Assembly (NCBI GenBank): GCA_965655095.1 | Contig: OZ296659.1 | Coordinates: 6,014,001 to 6,078,000, forward strand | Source: Haplodiscus bocki | Lineage: Eukaryota | DNA: 64,000 nucleotides | Direction of reading: 5' to 3' | In this document: piece by piece, positions 12,560 through 25,265 of the stretch | How positions within the stretch are numbered: the first letter of the stretch is position 1 | Layout of the letters: each line of letters begins with the position of its first letter | Made by a program: the position numbers and the translations under genes | The notes under the pieces: generated by a model | The model's database searches: none | What the model was told of the DNA's origin: nothing | What the model saw: only the letters and a program-made list of their open reading frames with translations

Positions 12560-14815
12560 TTTCATGAATTAAATAACTCATTTGATATTAGTTTAAAAAG
12601 TTTCAGAAGAAAAGTAAAAAATTTTTTGTACACACAGAAAAGTGGAAAATTATATCCCACTTTGATTGAGAATTTAAAATAGAAACCAAACATTGCAATG
12701 AAAGCATCAGCAAACAGCCAGGAGCAAACACAGGAGCAATGTTTAAAAGGAAATCATGTATAATGACCCTTTGAACGTTTTATGGGTAAGAACGTTTTCT
12801 ATTAGGAGGTGAATAGAAATAAGTTGGATGTTGTTAAGAGGTAGCTAAAAAGTCATACGAGATGGCTTTTCCCGAATGCTTCAGTGTCTTATCAGAGTGT
12901 TTCTTGAACAAAACACGATTCCAGAAATTTGTCAATTCAGCTTTGGAATAAATTCCAGCTTTTGTGAAGTGAAAGTGTTTGTGCCTATAGCATATTGAAC
13001 TTGTTTTGAATCAAAGAGCGTTGGGTAAGTTCGTTAGACTGGTTTATATGTCGGTACAGAGTGCTTAACAGTATCAAGATCTAATGCTATGACATTCTGT
13101 GGATTTTTATCACAGGATATAGGAGTAGCATATTTAAAATATTTGTCTTGTTATTGGATCAATGTACGTTACAGAATCTTGATAGGTTTTTAGTATGCAA
13201 TCAAAACCTTTATCAGTTTCATACAGAGTTGAGACAATTTGAGATATGTCATATAACTTAGCCTTAGAGCCTTCTACGTAGAGAAACTCACTACGGTTTC
13301 CAGTTGAAAGATAGCCAGCAATTTTAGGATTTTCAACAGACATTGCTAAAAGAGTTAGCAGTTGTGTTCGTTCTAGTTCACATATATGATGTAATGTATT
13401 GAGTTCTCGAAAACTCATTGATATAATTACTTGATTGATAGAATATTCTATCTCTGTACTAATACAGGAATCATATCCTACAAAACCGATGCTTTTTGAA
13501 TCATTCAGTGCAGATAAGTAATATTTTTATTTCACAGAGTCAAAGACTAATGGTGAAGACGTTGGCTGTTGACTAATTGACGAGTCTTCATCAACAATGA
13601 TTGGTTTTTTTCCAGTATTCATAGTAAAACCTTCACGATAAGTGATAAACAAATCAAGACACTAAGTTGGATGCTTTTTTTAGTTTTGTGCAGAAAGTAT
13701 GTTCTGTGGGAAAATTTCCAGTCCCGATAAAGTTGGAGTAGTAGTTTCCATTGGTGAATTGGTATAAGAAAATACATTTGGAAGTATGCCTTCAAGAATT
13801 TGTTCAGTTTTTTTTTCCAGTTATGTTGAGGAAATCATCAATTTCTTACCAATAACGATTATTAAGGTTAAACATTCGTCCAAAAAAGTCAAAGATGAGA
13901 TAATAGACAAAATTCTTCAGGAAACCAGACAATAGTATATAGATATTTCAGCGTTGGTTTACGAAAACCATCAGAATGCATACAGGGAAGGGTATGACCT
14001 TCAAATATTAGTTTATCTACTTTATCAGTACAGTCCAGAGAGTTTTCTTCATTAATTGATGACAAGCTATCTTTGTCAAAAAGATTTTGTTGATCATATT
14101 TACATCTGGACTTCGCGTTTGCAGTACCAGTAATCCAGTCCTATTTTTTGATTGGCAAGTAAAGACACCAGTATGTACAGTGTTCAACTTAGTTAGAGTA
14201 AATGGACTATGTTTTTTTTTCATTTTGAACTTGAAAACTCAGTCCCTCAAAATAACTGAAAGAGCCATTGAAAGAGTATTGCTCCAGTTCAACGCTGTCC
14301 GTAGCACTTAGTTTTCGGATCGGTTTTTTATTTTCATTTGGGTTGAGTTCTGTTGGTAATGGCTTGGAGTTGGTATGCCAATCTATACGGTCATGTCTAT
14401 GCCATTTATACTGTGAAAATTGAGCACCAGAGGTTCCATTATTTTTAACATTTGCAGAGCAGCGAAAGGTTTTATATCTTTTCGCTGTAGCACGAATAAG
14501 TACAGAAGCAAGAGTTCTAGTATATTTAGTTTCGGGGGGAGCTTGAGTACATTTCCGTACCCGTGTTGAGCTAAAATGTCTCAGATCGTTTTGTTTACAA
14601 CAATCATAATGAGTTGCTAGGATTTGAGTAAATCGAAGATCACCAAGTTGAATTATTTTTTCAGAAGTGAATGCATCAGCAGTATGCAGTGATGAGAAAT
14701 AAAATATTACACAGAGCAAAATCATAGATTTTGCAGGGAAAAAAATCATAAGTTTCAGAAAGTGGTTTTGTTTTTCAGACCAGAGATAGTGTTGAAAAAA
14801 GTTAAAGTTCGCCAT
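12560..14815 (-). pseudogene. env: Envelope glycoprotein, chuvirus/gB-like class III fusogen (full-length position, disrupted)
   Basis: Signal-peptide-like MILLCVIFYFSSLHTADA, then HYDC-x13-V-x2-C near the N-terminus. Central ICELERTQLLTLLAMSVENPKIAGYL...VEGS...YIDPITRQI block. Hydrophobic TM region at ~12650-12720. Lies downstream of pol. Confidence 0.75.
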
Positions 14816-14819
14816 TGAT

Positions 14820-15873
14820 GATCAAATGGAGGTTCATCAGAAGAAGTGAATTGTAAACTAGTTACAACAAAAAGACTAGGAAACGTTTGGTGTTTTAAGT
14901 GAGTTGAGGTTGGAATCGGATGAAGATTTAAACCAATGAATTTTACAGTTACTTCAAGCTTTAGTTCAATTGAAGTGTGAGTTAGTCTAGTCATTTCTTG
15001 ATTACGAGTAAAAGCAGAAAATTGCACACTGATGTTTAATCTGTTTACAGGAACGATGCGATATCTCAGATATTGTCTGGAACGAATATTCATTTGGTTA
15101 TCAACTCCAAGTGGATAATGGTAGAGATCAAGTGTACGAGGGCTTGAGTTTTCTTCCACCGTATGATATAGAAGATCAGTAGAAAGAATGGCACCCAGAA
15201 AAGAGAGAAGAGAGAGTTTTTGGTGTTCATTTGGATGAATAGATCTTGAATATATGTGACCAGTGAATGAAGTTTCGATACCAGAACAAGGTCTCAGTAA
15301 AATTGGGACGTCACAAAGAGAGCGAGGAAGGTCTTCAGAAGTAGATTAATTAGGTTGTGCGTGTTGACGCAACAATGCAGGGATCGAAATTGATGTTGAT
15401 CTTCTAGTTTAGGAATGCGATGTTTGTTTAGGTCTTGATCTCAAAGTATACGAGTGAGTTACAGGTTGAGAACAAAAGGTTGACATAATGTTTGATGAAT
15501 TTTTAGATTCACAATTCAGAATATCATCAGCAGAAGAATTAGAGTATAAACTCGATGATAGCGCTGGATATAACCATGAAAATGTTTCAAAATTAATATC
15601 AGAAGCTGTTTTCAGATCAGGTAGATCTGCAAAAATAGATGTTTCATCAATTTTTTTTTGCAGAGCAGAGGCGGTTTGTTTATTACAGAATGTAGCGTGA
15701 ATTGAACTTTGATGTTTGAAAGATTTTATTTTTCGAGCTACACTTTTAGTAACAGGTGGAGATGGTAGTGGAAAAGGAGGATCTATATCAGATGGATCCA
15801 GTATATAAAATGTTCTAGAGGTCCTAGTTGGAGTCATAACTGCAGAACCGGCATCAGTGATAAGGGAGGTCAT
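14820..15873 (-). pseudogene. Unassigned ORF(s) between pol and env
   Basis: ORF 15409-15873 (Pro/Ser/Thr-rich, ends YTLRSRPK) and ORF 14755-15159, both on the element's sense strand. Confidence 0.45.
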
Positions 15874-16370
15874 TGAGCAGCTACAGTAAGAGTTTCTTAA
15901 TTTTCAGTGCAGGAAACAACTTTTTTCAGAATCACTTGAAATTTCTACAGCAGATCCAGTATCATAAAACTTTGAAAGTTTTATTCCGAAACTGGTGGAG
16001 CAGAGGGTAAATTATTGTTACCAGATGAATCCGGAGATGAATAAAGGACTACGTCAGTATCAGAAAAGAAATTATTAGTAACAGGGTTTATTGCTTCTAT
16101 ACAATATAGAGTTTTTTCGAGAGTATTTGAATCAGAGTTTTCAATTGTGAAATACTTCAAAATGATTTCAGGGTTAAATTTTAACGAACTACAGTGGTAA
16201 ATATTTAAATGTTATCAGTTTCAACTTTAGAAGGATTTTTTTCAGAGTGTTAAAATTCTCTCCAAAAAATTACCAGAGTCTTAACGGCAAAATTCAAGGG
16301 ATATAAGTTATGATGAACAAGAAAAAAAATACCCTGGATGTTTCCATAGGCTTGCGATGATCAACTTTAT

Positions 16371-18223
16371 TCAACTCCATTCAAAGTCGATCAGCAATTT
16401 CATTCGATTCAACTCTTGTGGAAATAATAAATTAACCGGAAGGAAAGGTGATGAGACGAAAAGACAACAAACTGCTCTCGGTGGTGGTCGTAGATCATAG
16501 TTAATTCGAGTCTTTCTGTTGAAAGTTTGTGATTGGTTTAAATGCAAAGAGGAGTTTGATTGCTCTGCGAATGAAGTTGGACAGTATTGAACAGTATCAG
16601 TTTCGGGAAGATGGAAGATTTCAAGAAATTTGTTGAGTGATTGAAATTTAGACGATAGTGGTTTATAATGTAATTTATCAGAATCAGATTTTGATCGTGA
16701 AATATGATAACGAATATCTTTCAATTTTGCAGATTTGTTTAACTCATTACCAAACATAACTTATTGATCACCAGCACTGTTTTAGAATGGGTCATCATCC
16801 AAAACACTATAATCAGTTTCAGATTTATCTTAAGAAGTATAGAGATTATTTTGAATTATGTCTGATGTATCAGAATCGTTAATTAATTCAGGATTTTGTT
16901 CATTGTTTGATTGAATGTGAGGAAAGAGCAAAGACTATTTAGGATAATATGGAATCAAATGGTTTCATTATGTGTGAAAAATTTTTCCGTCCTCTGTCAG
17001 AAAATCATACGTGACATCCGTAGGCTTGTTACTAATTTTGAAAGAACCATTACGAATTGGTTTCAGTTTATCCAAAAAATGAACTACTTCAAAACTTCGA
17101 TTTAAAACAAATGAATTCAGTGGTATTGTTTTATCCAGATTGGGTGAATTTTGCATTGTATATGCAAGGGAATTTTTTTTCAGTGCGTATTGATATACCT
17201 TTGATTAAAATTGAACCAAGGCTGTTTCAATTGCGAGAAGCCAAGTAGACATTGGTTTCACAAATGCTATGAAAAAAACGGATTTGAATCAATTGATTGA
17301 AAATGAGAATGAGGAAGCAAATTAGAACAATATAGGACAGTACATTGACGAAATGAAATTCGAGAAAAATTTAATTGAAATTTCAGTGGAAAACGCGGTT
17401 GAGTAATAAAAATTAGCTCCTATGCTGAAATATGCAGATGTGATAATGGTTCAGTTTCATGAGCATAAGCAAAGAAATCTACTAGAGCTGACCAGTTTTG
17501 AGGAGTATCATGTATTAACATTATCAGATGGGCTCCAAGTTCTTTTTGTACTCCGACAAGTCCGTTTGTCCAAGGAATATGTGAAGTTCTTGGAGAATCA
17601 CGACTTTAAACAGAGTAGAGTAATTTGCCATTTCAGAATCAAGATCATCAGTTCCTCTATCAGTGATCAGACATTGAGGAAGACTGAATTTTGAAATCCA
17701 ATAATGAAGAATTCAGGAAGTTACAACGTAATGGGCATTTCTTTTTGGAGTTGATACAGTTACAATGTAATTGCTGAAATGATCAACAATTACATAAATG
17801 TAAATAATTCCTGTAGAAATGGGGTTATTGGACCTTTAGTATGCATAAAAATACTATGAATAAAAACGGTTCACAGTTTTGGGAATGGTAATATTGCAGC
17901 TTCGTTTTGTTTCATATTTTTGTACCTGTGCGATTGGCAATCAATACAATCATAAATGAAAATTGATAGCTATTTTTGCAGAAAAGGAATATAATAGTAT
18001 CGACCGGAATTATATTGTGCAATATGCAGACCAGCATTAGAGTTTTCATGAACTTTATCGACTGCAGAAAAATACAACTCCAGTGGTAACCCCAAGCGAG
18101 ACATTTGAGAAGAAAGATCATCATCAGTGTACTGTGAAAGGTTATCATTTTTTTCACGCAATGGTTTTTAGTAGTTATCGGTTGAGTAGATTCATCAAAA
18201 TGCAAATTTAGAAAAAAAAACAT
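16371..18223 (-). pseudogene. pol: Retroviral-type integrase domain of pol with GPY/F-like module and C-terminal tail
   Basis: HHCC remnant (VHENSNAGLH...HDCIDC). Core MHTKGP...YVIVDHFSNY at ~17770-17845. KLKPIRNGSFKI (GPY/F-like). YDLRPPPR tail. Confidence 0.85.
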
Positions 18224-18959
18224 TTTTTACAACAAAACTAGCAGTTGAAACAGGTGTCTTTACAACAGGACCGGATTTTTCGGGGATCCAATTATGTACA
18301 AACTTCAGAAGAGGGTCTCTTTTTTTAATAATTGAGTATTGTTTCACTCTCCAATGGAGTGTCGGTAGGCAAAATGAAATAATTAGATTTAGATGTGTTT
18401 TCGGAAAATGATGGAGCAAAAATTTAAATATTCAATGATTTTTTGATTACAGATTGATATGTTTCATGAAAAGTTTCCAGTTGCAAAATTTCTTTTTCAG
18501 AGTCATTATACTCCTCAGAAGTAGATGGCTTATATTTCAGCGTTAAATCAGGAGCAAAGGGATCATCAAATGTGGTATCTTCTTTTCACTAGGATCATCA
18601 ATATCAGTGATATCGGTGTCATTTGTCATTTAAAAAAGCTCATTGTTGTAATAAAGATTTAGTTTTTTTCTTGACTGGTTTTTTAGATTGACTTTGAAAT
18701 GGTTTGACAGCTTCAGAGGAAAGTGAATCTATTGGTTTGGTTCTGATGTTTTCTCTTTTGTCAATAATAATAATGGAGAATTGAGCAATTCTAGAATCAG
18801 CTAAAATACGATGACAATCGTCCGGTTGGGAAGGAAACACAGTTTCAAGTTTGACCAAAAAGTGTACAGGATTGATTTGCTTGTCATGTGTCAGTGTTGC
18901 AAAATGAATTTTCTCGGGTAATTGTTTGTGCGTCAGTTGCTTCAGTTGCGTTTCTTTGT

Positions 18960-19335
18960 GGGTAAAAGTATGGCCTAACATATCAAGTAGAGAAAGATTT
19001 TTTTTCGTATGAATACCACGAAATTCTGAAATATGGTTGAATGCATTTGTGAAGTGTAGAATATTGAAGAAAAGTTTCCTTTTTTATTAAAACATCTAAA
19101 GGTTGAATTTTGATCATTCAAAACATTAATGAGGCGATCAGAGCCAATATTATTATGTTCGTATATCGTTAGTGAATATACGATTCCGATTAAATCGTGA
19201 TATATAGTACAGAATTTTTTTTCATTAGTAGGTTATATAATCCAGTTTTCCTTTATCAATCATTTGGAATAGGACACAACCTATAACAATCAAGGAAGAA
19301 TCTACAGCAATGAAGAATGGATGGTTTTGTATTGG
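18960..19335 (-). pseudogene. pol: RNase H domain of pol
   Basis: HPFFIAVDSSLIVIGCVLFQ at ~19265-19325. Ends with LDMLGH, which corresponds to the ADxLSR motif. Confidence 0.82.
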
Positions 19336-19405
19336 ATAATGTCAACGTAACATCTTTTGTATTAGAAGTTTTAATTTGTTGAAACAGTGTTTTTAGTTCA
19401 AAGTT

Positions 19406-20173
19406 TCAGTTAAATTTCTTACTATCATGTAGTAAATCATACAGAGGATTCATATTAACATGAAGTTTACCAATAAATTTAAAATAGAAGTTCATTGAGC
19501 CAATGAACCTCACCAGTCCGATTTCTATAGTAGGAGGAACTCTTTGAATTGCCGCAATTTTGGATTGCTTTAGTTTAATTGTATGCAAACCAATTTCATG
19601 ACCAAGATACTGTAAAGTAAGAAGCATGAAGCAAGATTTTTCTGGAGCTAATTTCGGATGTTCTCTATTAGCAATATCATGAAAGTGTTTGATAAGTTGC
19701 TGTATTTGTGGTTCAGATTTTGACTTGAGTAGAAAATCATCAAAATAAACCAGTGCAGAACCTTGACAAATCAAGTCTTTGATAAACAGGGACATTTGTT
19801 GTGTGAAAAATTTCGAAGATCAATAAGGCCATGGAATCCTCTAATGAAAGCAAAAAGTTTATCAGCAGATGAAAATCCTGTTAGTTTGATAGCTTCATCA
19901 TCTAATATAGCATGTGCATATGCATACATCAGATCAATTGCAGGTATATATTTCTTGTTTGCCTTAGCATTCTGTGTTGCTAGTTTCCAGCAGCCAAGAT
20001 TCAGATAATTCATCAGTTATTGAATTGAGATGTCTAGCATCCAACTTAATTTTAATCGAACCATTCTTTTTTAAAATAATCCAGGAACTCAGAAAAGTGG
20101 TTGCATAGTTTGGTTCTTCATGATTCGGTGAGCCAGTTTGTTTCATTAATCCTTTTTTTTGTAAAGCATCCAA
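19406..20173 (-). pseudogene. pol: Reverse transcriptase domain of pol (frameshifted)
   Basis: IKLDARHLNSIT, IDLMYAYAH, FIRGFHGL, ALVYFDDFLL (YxDD), YLGHEI, RFIGSMNFY...PLYDLL. Confidence 0.93.
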
Positions 20174-20979
20174 TAAAGTATTGACTTTGTCGCAGTAATG
20201 TATAGGAACTTTAGTAGGTCTTTGTGTTTGTAGCTTAGCATCAGGTTTTGATCTAATCCGAAAATGAGTAGAATTTTTTCCGACAACATTACGACGTGTT
20301 CCATAACAGTGTTCATTTTCAACAAGAAAACTACAGAATTGAATATATTCAGAATCATTGAGATCAGAGTATTAAAAATGAATTTTCTTGAGAAATTGTA
20401 AAGTTTCTCCAGAATATGGTAAAGGTGAAAGTACTCGTGGAGCTAATATTTGAGACAGTTGTACATTACAGAAAGTACTGTTTAGAATTGGATCTTTATA
20501 CAAATCAAAACGATTAACTTCGAAAGAACTGTTCTTTTGTTTCTTGTCTTGATAATGAACGATAATTTGTTCAGTTACTCCAGGATGGTAGGTTTGAACT
20601 ACCGAATGAATCAGTGTAGTTAAATCCTGAAATCTACAATGGAAGGGTTTCACAGTGGTAATAGGAGTTGAAATTTATCATATTGTTCCAGTTGGAAGTG
20701 TAGCTATGTGCATAGTATTATTTTTAATTGAAAGTAAGCGCAAGTTTTCAGAACTTTTCGATAAGACTCCCATAAAAGATAAGTATCGTTTCAGTTTTTA
20801 CAGGAGATGAGTTTAAGGCATTTCATCAAAAAATCAAAAAATGGGTCATGATTTTCAGATTCTAACCATAAAATTTTTGAAATTTTCAATAGAAAGTGTG
20901 ATGTTTGTACAATGTTGAATTTATTACATGTTAGCTTTTTGAAATTATTTGCTAAATAGATGAAAAAAAGGAAATTCTT

Positions 20980-21360
20980 TTGAATCAGTGTGGTAAGAGA
21001 ATCAGTTATGGGTTGATCAATGGAAGAATGTTTGAAGTTCATGGTAAGATCTTGGATTTTGATCTTTTGTATGTATTTCTCAAGGAAAGACATTCGCACG
21101 ATATGTATTTCATATCAGCTAAAGTGGAAGGGATCATGAAATATCTTGATTTTGTTTCTTTTGTTGAGAAAGAAGTCGCAGAGATATTGTGTTTACTTGG
21201 AACTTCAGATTGGTTTGCAATGGTCAACATTTTCGATGTATCATGTTGATCATGTTGACATACATTGAACTTTTCAAAGATCATCATGTAGGTTGGTATG
21301 TTAAGTAGGGAAACAGACGCACCGCTATCTAGTAGAGAAGCGATTTCTAGACTTAAAGGT
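20980..21360 (-). pseudogene. pro: Aspartic protease domain
   Basis: My translation of the minus strand at ~21300-21350 gives LEIASLLDSGASVSLLN (D-S-G active site). Confidence 0.85.
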
Positions 21361-21419
21361 AAATTTGAATCGTTTTTGTGTTGTGAATGAATGTACAGAC
21401 TACAAAATCAGCTTTTTGG

Positions 21420-24400
21420 AGTTATAGCAATAATGATTTCAGTGGTATGCATGTTAACTTTAAAATTGTCTTCTGACTTCGAAAGGCTTTCAGTGTAGTG
21501 GTTATGATTTTCAGAGGAACTTGGTTGTGTATTATTGAAAAATTATTCTAGTTGCAGACGCAGATCGAGAACTTGGTCTTGATGGAGGTCGATAAGAAGA
21601 ATTAGAGTTTCTGAGATACTGTAGGTTTCTAGAGTTGGATCCACAAAACGAACGGTAGCGAGTATTTCTGAAAGAAGAATTGTAATGAGATCTATAGTTT
21701 CTTCGTTGGGTTTAAAATTCAGTCTATCTCGAACGTGATGGAGTTAGACTGCAATTGAATTTTCTATGACTATAACAATATCGGGAACGAGAAATTTCAG
21801 GTGATCGCCCTGAAATTGGAGGTCATCTAGAACGAGGGGTTCCATTTGGAGAAAATCGACTTCTCGAATTTGAGCGATTTCTTGAATCATATCTTTTACT
21901 TGGAAAATAGTTTACAGGGTAGGATGAAGTTTGATCATTTGGATGAATTTGATTCCGTTACGCTATGAAGTACTGATTGAAGAGTTTCGAAGGCGATTTC
22001 GATCGAGAACGAGAAATCCGTTTTTTTTCATCATCGCGTTGTTTGCGAAAACAATTTGAAACAAAGTGATTGGATTTTTGACAAAATTTAAAGTCTTTGC
22101 AAATTTGAGGTTAACTCTCTTTATCAAATATTTTTGCAAACATGACTTCAGGATTTGAATCATAAGTTTCAGCGGATCGATTTTTGAGATTCCAGTTTTG
22201 ATGTTGTATTAATGGTTTCCAGTGGTAAATTAAAAGTACGGTTTTCTTCATTCGTAATATCTTCACCATCAAGAAGTTTAACCAGTGTATGAAATGGAAA
22301 GGGAGGTTCCATAACAGTAGACTTATGTTTGACTTGCCGTTTATGAGCAAAAACTTCAGTTTTTTAGTAGTCATATAGAGAAAATTTCAATAAACTTGAG
22401 GTTAATAGTTGCAGCAGACTCATTACACCAGCCCTTTACAACTCATTGTTGGACTTTGAAAACATAATGACGTACGTCTTTGGTCTCTTTTTTCATTAAA
22501 ACTTGAGCTCCACATTGTGCGTAAAATGCAGTTTTCTGTGAAGGAAAGTTTTTTCTTATTCCAGATGCAAGGGGAGACCTGTCGCTTTTGTAACTTTCAT
22601 GGGGACGCAAAAACCAGCTTAAAACGAATCCAGATAACAAACATTGTAAATATGCCATTTTTCGTTTCTGCCATCGAATATATGATCAATAGGCTGTTCT
22701 CCCTTTGTAGAAAAATTATGTGCATCAATTCGATGTAAGTATTTTTCAGGAGTATATTGATGGTCAAGTCCATCAAAAGTTTTCACCGATTTGTTCAATG
22801 CAGCAAAGGTACAATATAATTTTGTGTAATTACAGGAGAAGTGAGAAGCGTTTATTGGATCCACAGTGGAAAATGATGAAGGTGAAAACATACAGGAGCC
22901 TATATTAGATGCAGTGTGTGGTTGATAAAATGTTTGACACGGATTTACAGTGGCGTTTAAATTAGTATTTGTTTGAAAAAATTATTGCTGGTACTACTTA
23001 ATGAGTAAGTATCAACAATATTCAGTAGAAACAACGACGTTCTTGACATGCTAGGAACAGTTGTAGTTATTTTATTCAGCATACGTGTGTGATCATTTGA
23101 TCTATTTGGTTGATTTGCTACAGTTTGGTCATTTTGAATTTGGTTAATATAATCAGTAAATGGATTATACATTTGTAAATTCCTTTGGGTTCTATCAAAA
23201 TGAAGAAATGGTGAAGTTTCAGTGTTTTGAAAATGAATTGGAAGAGAAGTTACACCACAGGACACAGGATTCATCTTGAGATCTAAACTTTTCAGATGAA
23301 TTTGGATGATTATGAATGACAGAACTGCTTCGAATGGTTCTTTTGAACTTGCAGTGGCTTTGTAAAACCTGGTGTGAAAATAGAATTGGGTACAATTGAT
23401 ATTCCAGTAACTTCGTGGGAGATTTATTTTCAGTGGCTTCAGTTGTGTTTATATTTGGATTTAAATTAACAGACTTCGATTGCGTTTGAGGTTGGAAACC
23501 AGCACTTTTATTGTAGTTTCATTTTTGAGCTATTTTTTTTAGTTATCGTTGGTTGAATTGAACGTATCTCATCCATAATGTAATCAATGGGTCTCTTTGC
23601 ACGGATTGCTCATGTGATCATATTAGGTAAAAATTCCAGTTGAGAAATAATTTCGGTATTGGCTTGGAGTAGATTATATTATTTCGAATGAAAAATTTCA
23701 GTTTTAACCTAGAATGGAAGTAATTCTTGTTCACTAGATGTCTGAAGAATTTTTTATAGTAGCCCTGATCAGTAGTATTTCAGAAAAATTGATTTTTAGG
23801 CCGGGAAAACGTTATCAGAAACAGAGAATAAAGTTTAATTTGTGTTATTGTTATGGTTTCTAAAACAATTAATTGGGAAAAAAATGTATATTGAAAAGCA
23901 TTTATTTGAGCAAAATCTCTCAAAAACCACTGGTGTGGATTATTAAGTCTTTTAACTTTATCCACTTCAAATGTTTTAGAAAAATGTTGCTTGTTAAAGC
24001 GTTCATAATTTGCCGAGGAAACAAGCGTAGGTTGTTGTAAATATTCATTAGCTTCTCGCAGTTTATTCAAAAAATATAAGAATACATCCTCAAATTGTAA
24101 AAAACTATGTTTAGGATTTATTGTCCTCGAAAAGATTCCAGTGTTATTGTTTTTAAAAACTATAGGGAAAGGTACGTTAGCAAAATTTGATTCACAAGTC
24201 TTATAATGAATTTAATATAACTAAGAGTCATTGTGTTCTCTAATCAGAGGGACTGAATAATTATTTTTACGGTGTTTTTGAGATGTCAGAGAGATTGTTG
24301 CTTCATTTATGAGGTTTTCAGTGGAAGTTATAGCGTCCGTAATAAATGCTCATTTTTGTCTTTCTGACATGAAAGACGAAGAGTGTAGGAATGGAAAATT

Positions 24401-24750
24401 CAGATCTTGCAACTCTTTGTGGTGGTACATTTTTCGTAATTGAAGGTCACAATTAAGTTTTTTCTGAAGGAATATTATTCTGTTGAATTTCAGCATCAAA
24501 TTGGTTAAATTGTTATATCATTTGATTAAGTTCAAGTTTTGTTTTCGTAGTAATTGATTTGCAGCTTCAATTCTTCCTTGATGTTGTAAACATATTCGTT
24601 CCTTTTCTGTTTGAGTTCTTTCTGATGAAAAAAGTTAAGGTAATTGTTGTTGCAAGTCTACAGATGGATTTGGTATTTTTCCTGTAAACATCTTAGATTC
24701 AGAAGATTCTAGGACTCGCAGAGAAATTTTTGTGTATTAATAGTTTAATT
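21420..24750 (-). pseudogene. gag: gag (long, disrupted) with a degenerate CCHC zinc knuckle
   Basis: KSVKTFDGLDHQYTPEKYL and LSWFLR capsid-like segments. FKFCQKSNHFVSNC at ~22050-22092 is Cx2Cx4Hx4C with the first C replaced by F. An Arg/Ser-rich tail follows. The 5' boundary is uncertain. Confidence 0.75.
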
Positions 24751-25265
24751 TGTATTTGATTCCACAGATGTTTCACATTGAAAGGATTCAGTATTATTCC
24801 CAGTGTAGTTGTTATTATCATCATTTTCATTTCCAGATGGGTTATGTGAGTGTGAAATTGTGTTCGTCTGTTTGGAATGCTTTCACAAATTGAATTGGAA
24901 ATAATTGAATCCAGAATATTTCAATAATCACTAAAAGAATTGTTAGAACAATTCTTTGCAAAAGATTGAATGAATTAAGTTTCAGATTGTTCTAAATGTA
25001 TTTACAATTTCAGGAACCTAAAATGAAGAAAAAAATTGATGAGGGTATAGAACAATAATTATTCAAAATATTGCGTTCAACCAAAAGGGTGTTGGCATTA
25101 TTAGAAAAACTTTTTTGAAACTGCGTTCAACCAAAATACTGCTAGCAGAATTCAAACAAACGTTTCCGTGTGAGATATGTTATTTTCAAGGCAGGGATAG
25201 TGACAAGGGAGTATACTTTTGTGGCAAACATTGCGGAAAACTGATCAATCAACTTTCGCGCACAA

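Larger units (their letters stand above)
745..14420. repeat. Tandem triplication of ~4556-bp units (~745-5302, 5303-9858, 9859-14420)
   Basis: ORF pairs are offset by 4556 (3054/7610, 4734/9290, 5808/10364). The identical junction atgtgaaattaggagatttt at ~5303 and ~9859 joins env sequence (cf. 14411) to the post-env region (cf. 750). Confidence 0.97.

Noticed and set aside
19406-20173. BEL/Pao assignment suggested by the chuvirus-like env
   Set aside because: RT, RNase H and IN motifs (DARxLN, DLxxAY, YLGH, GPY/F-like module) are Gypsy-type.
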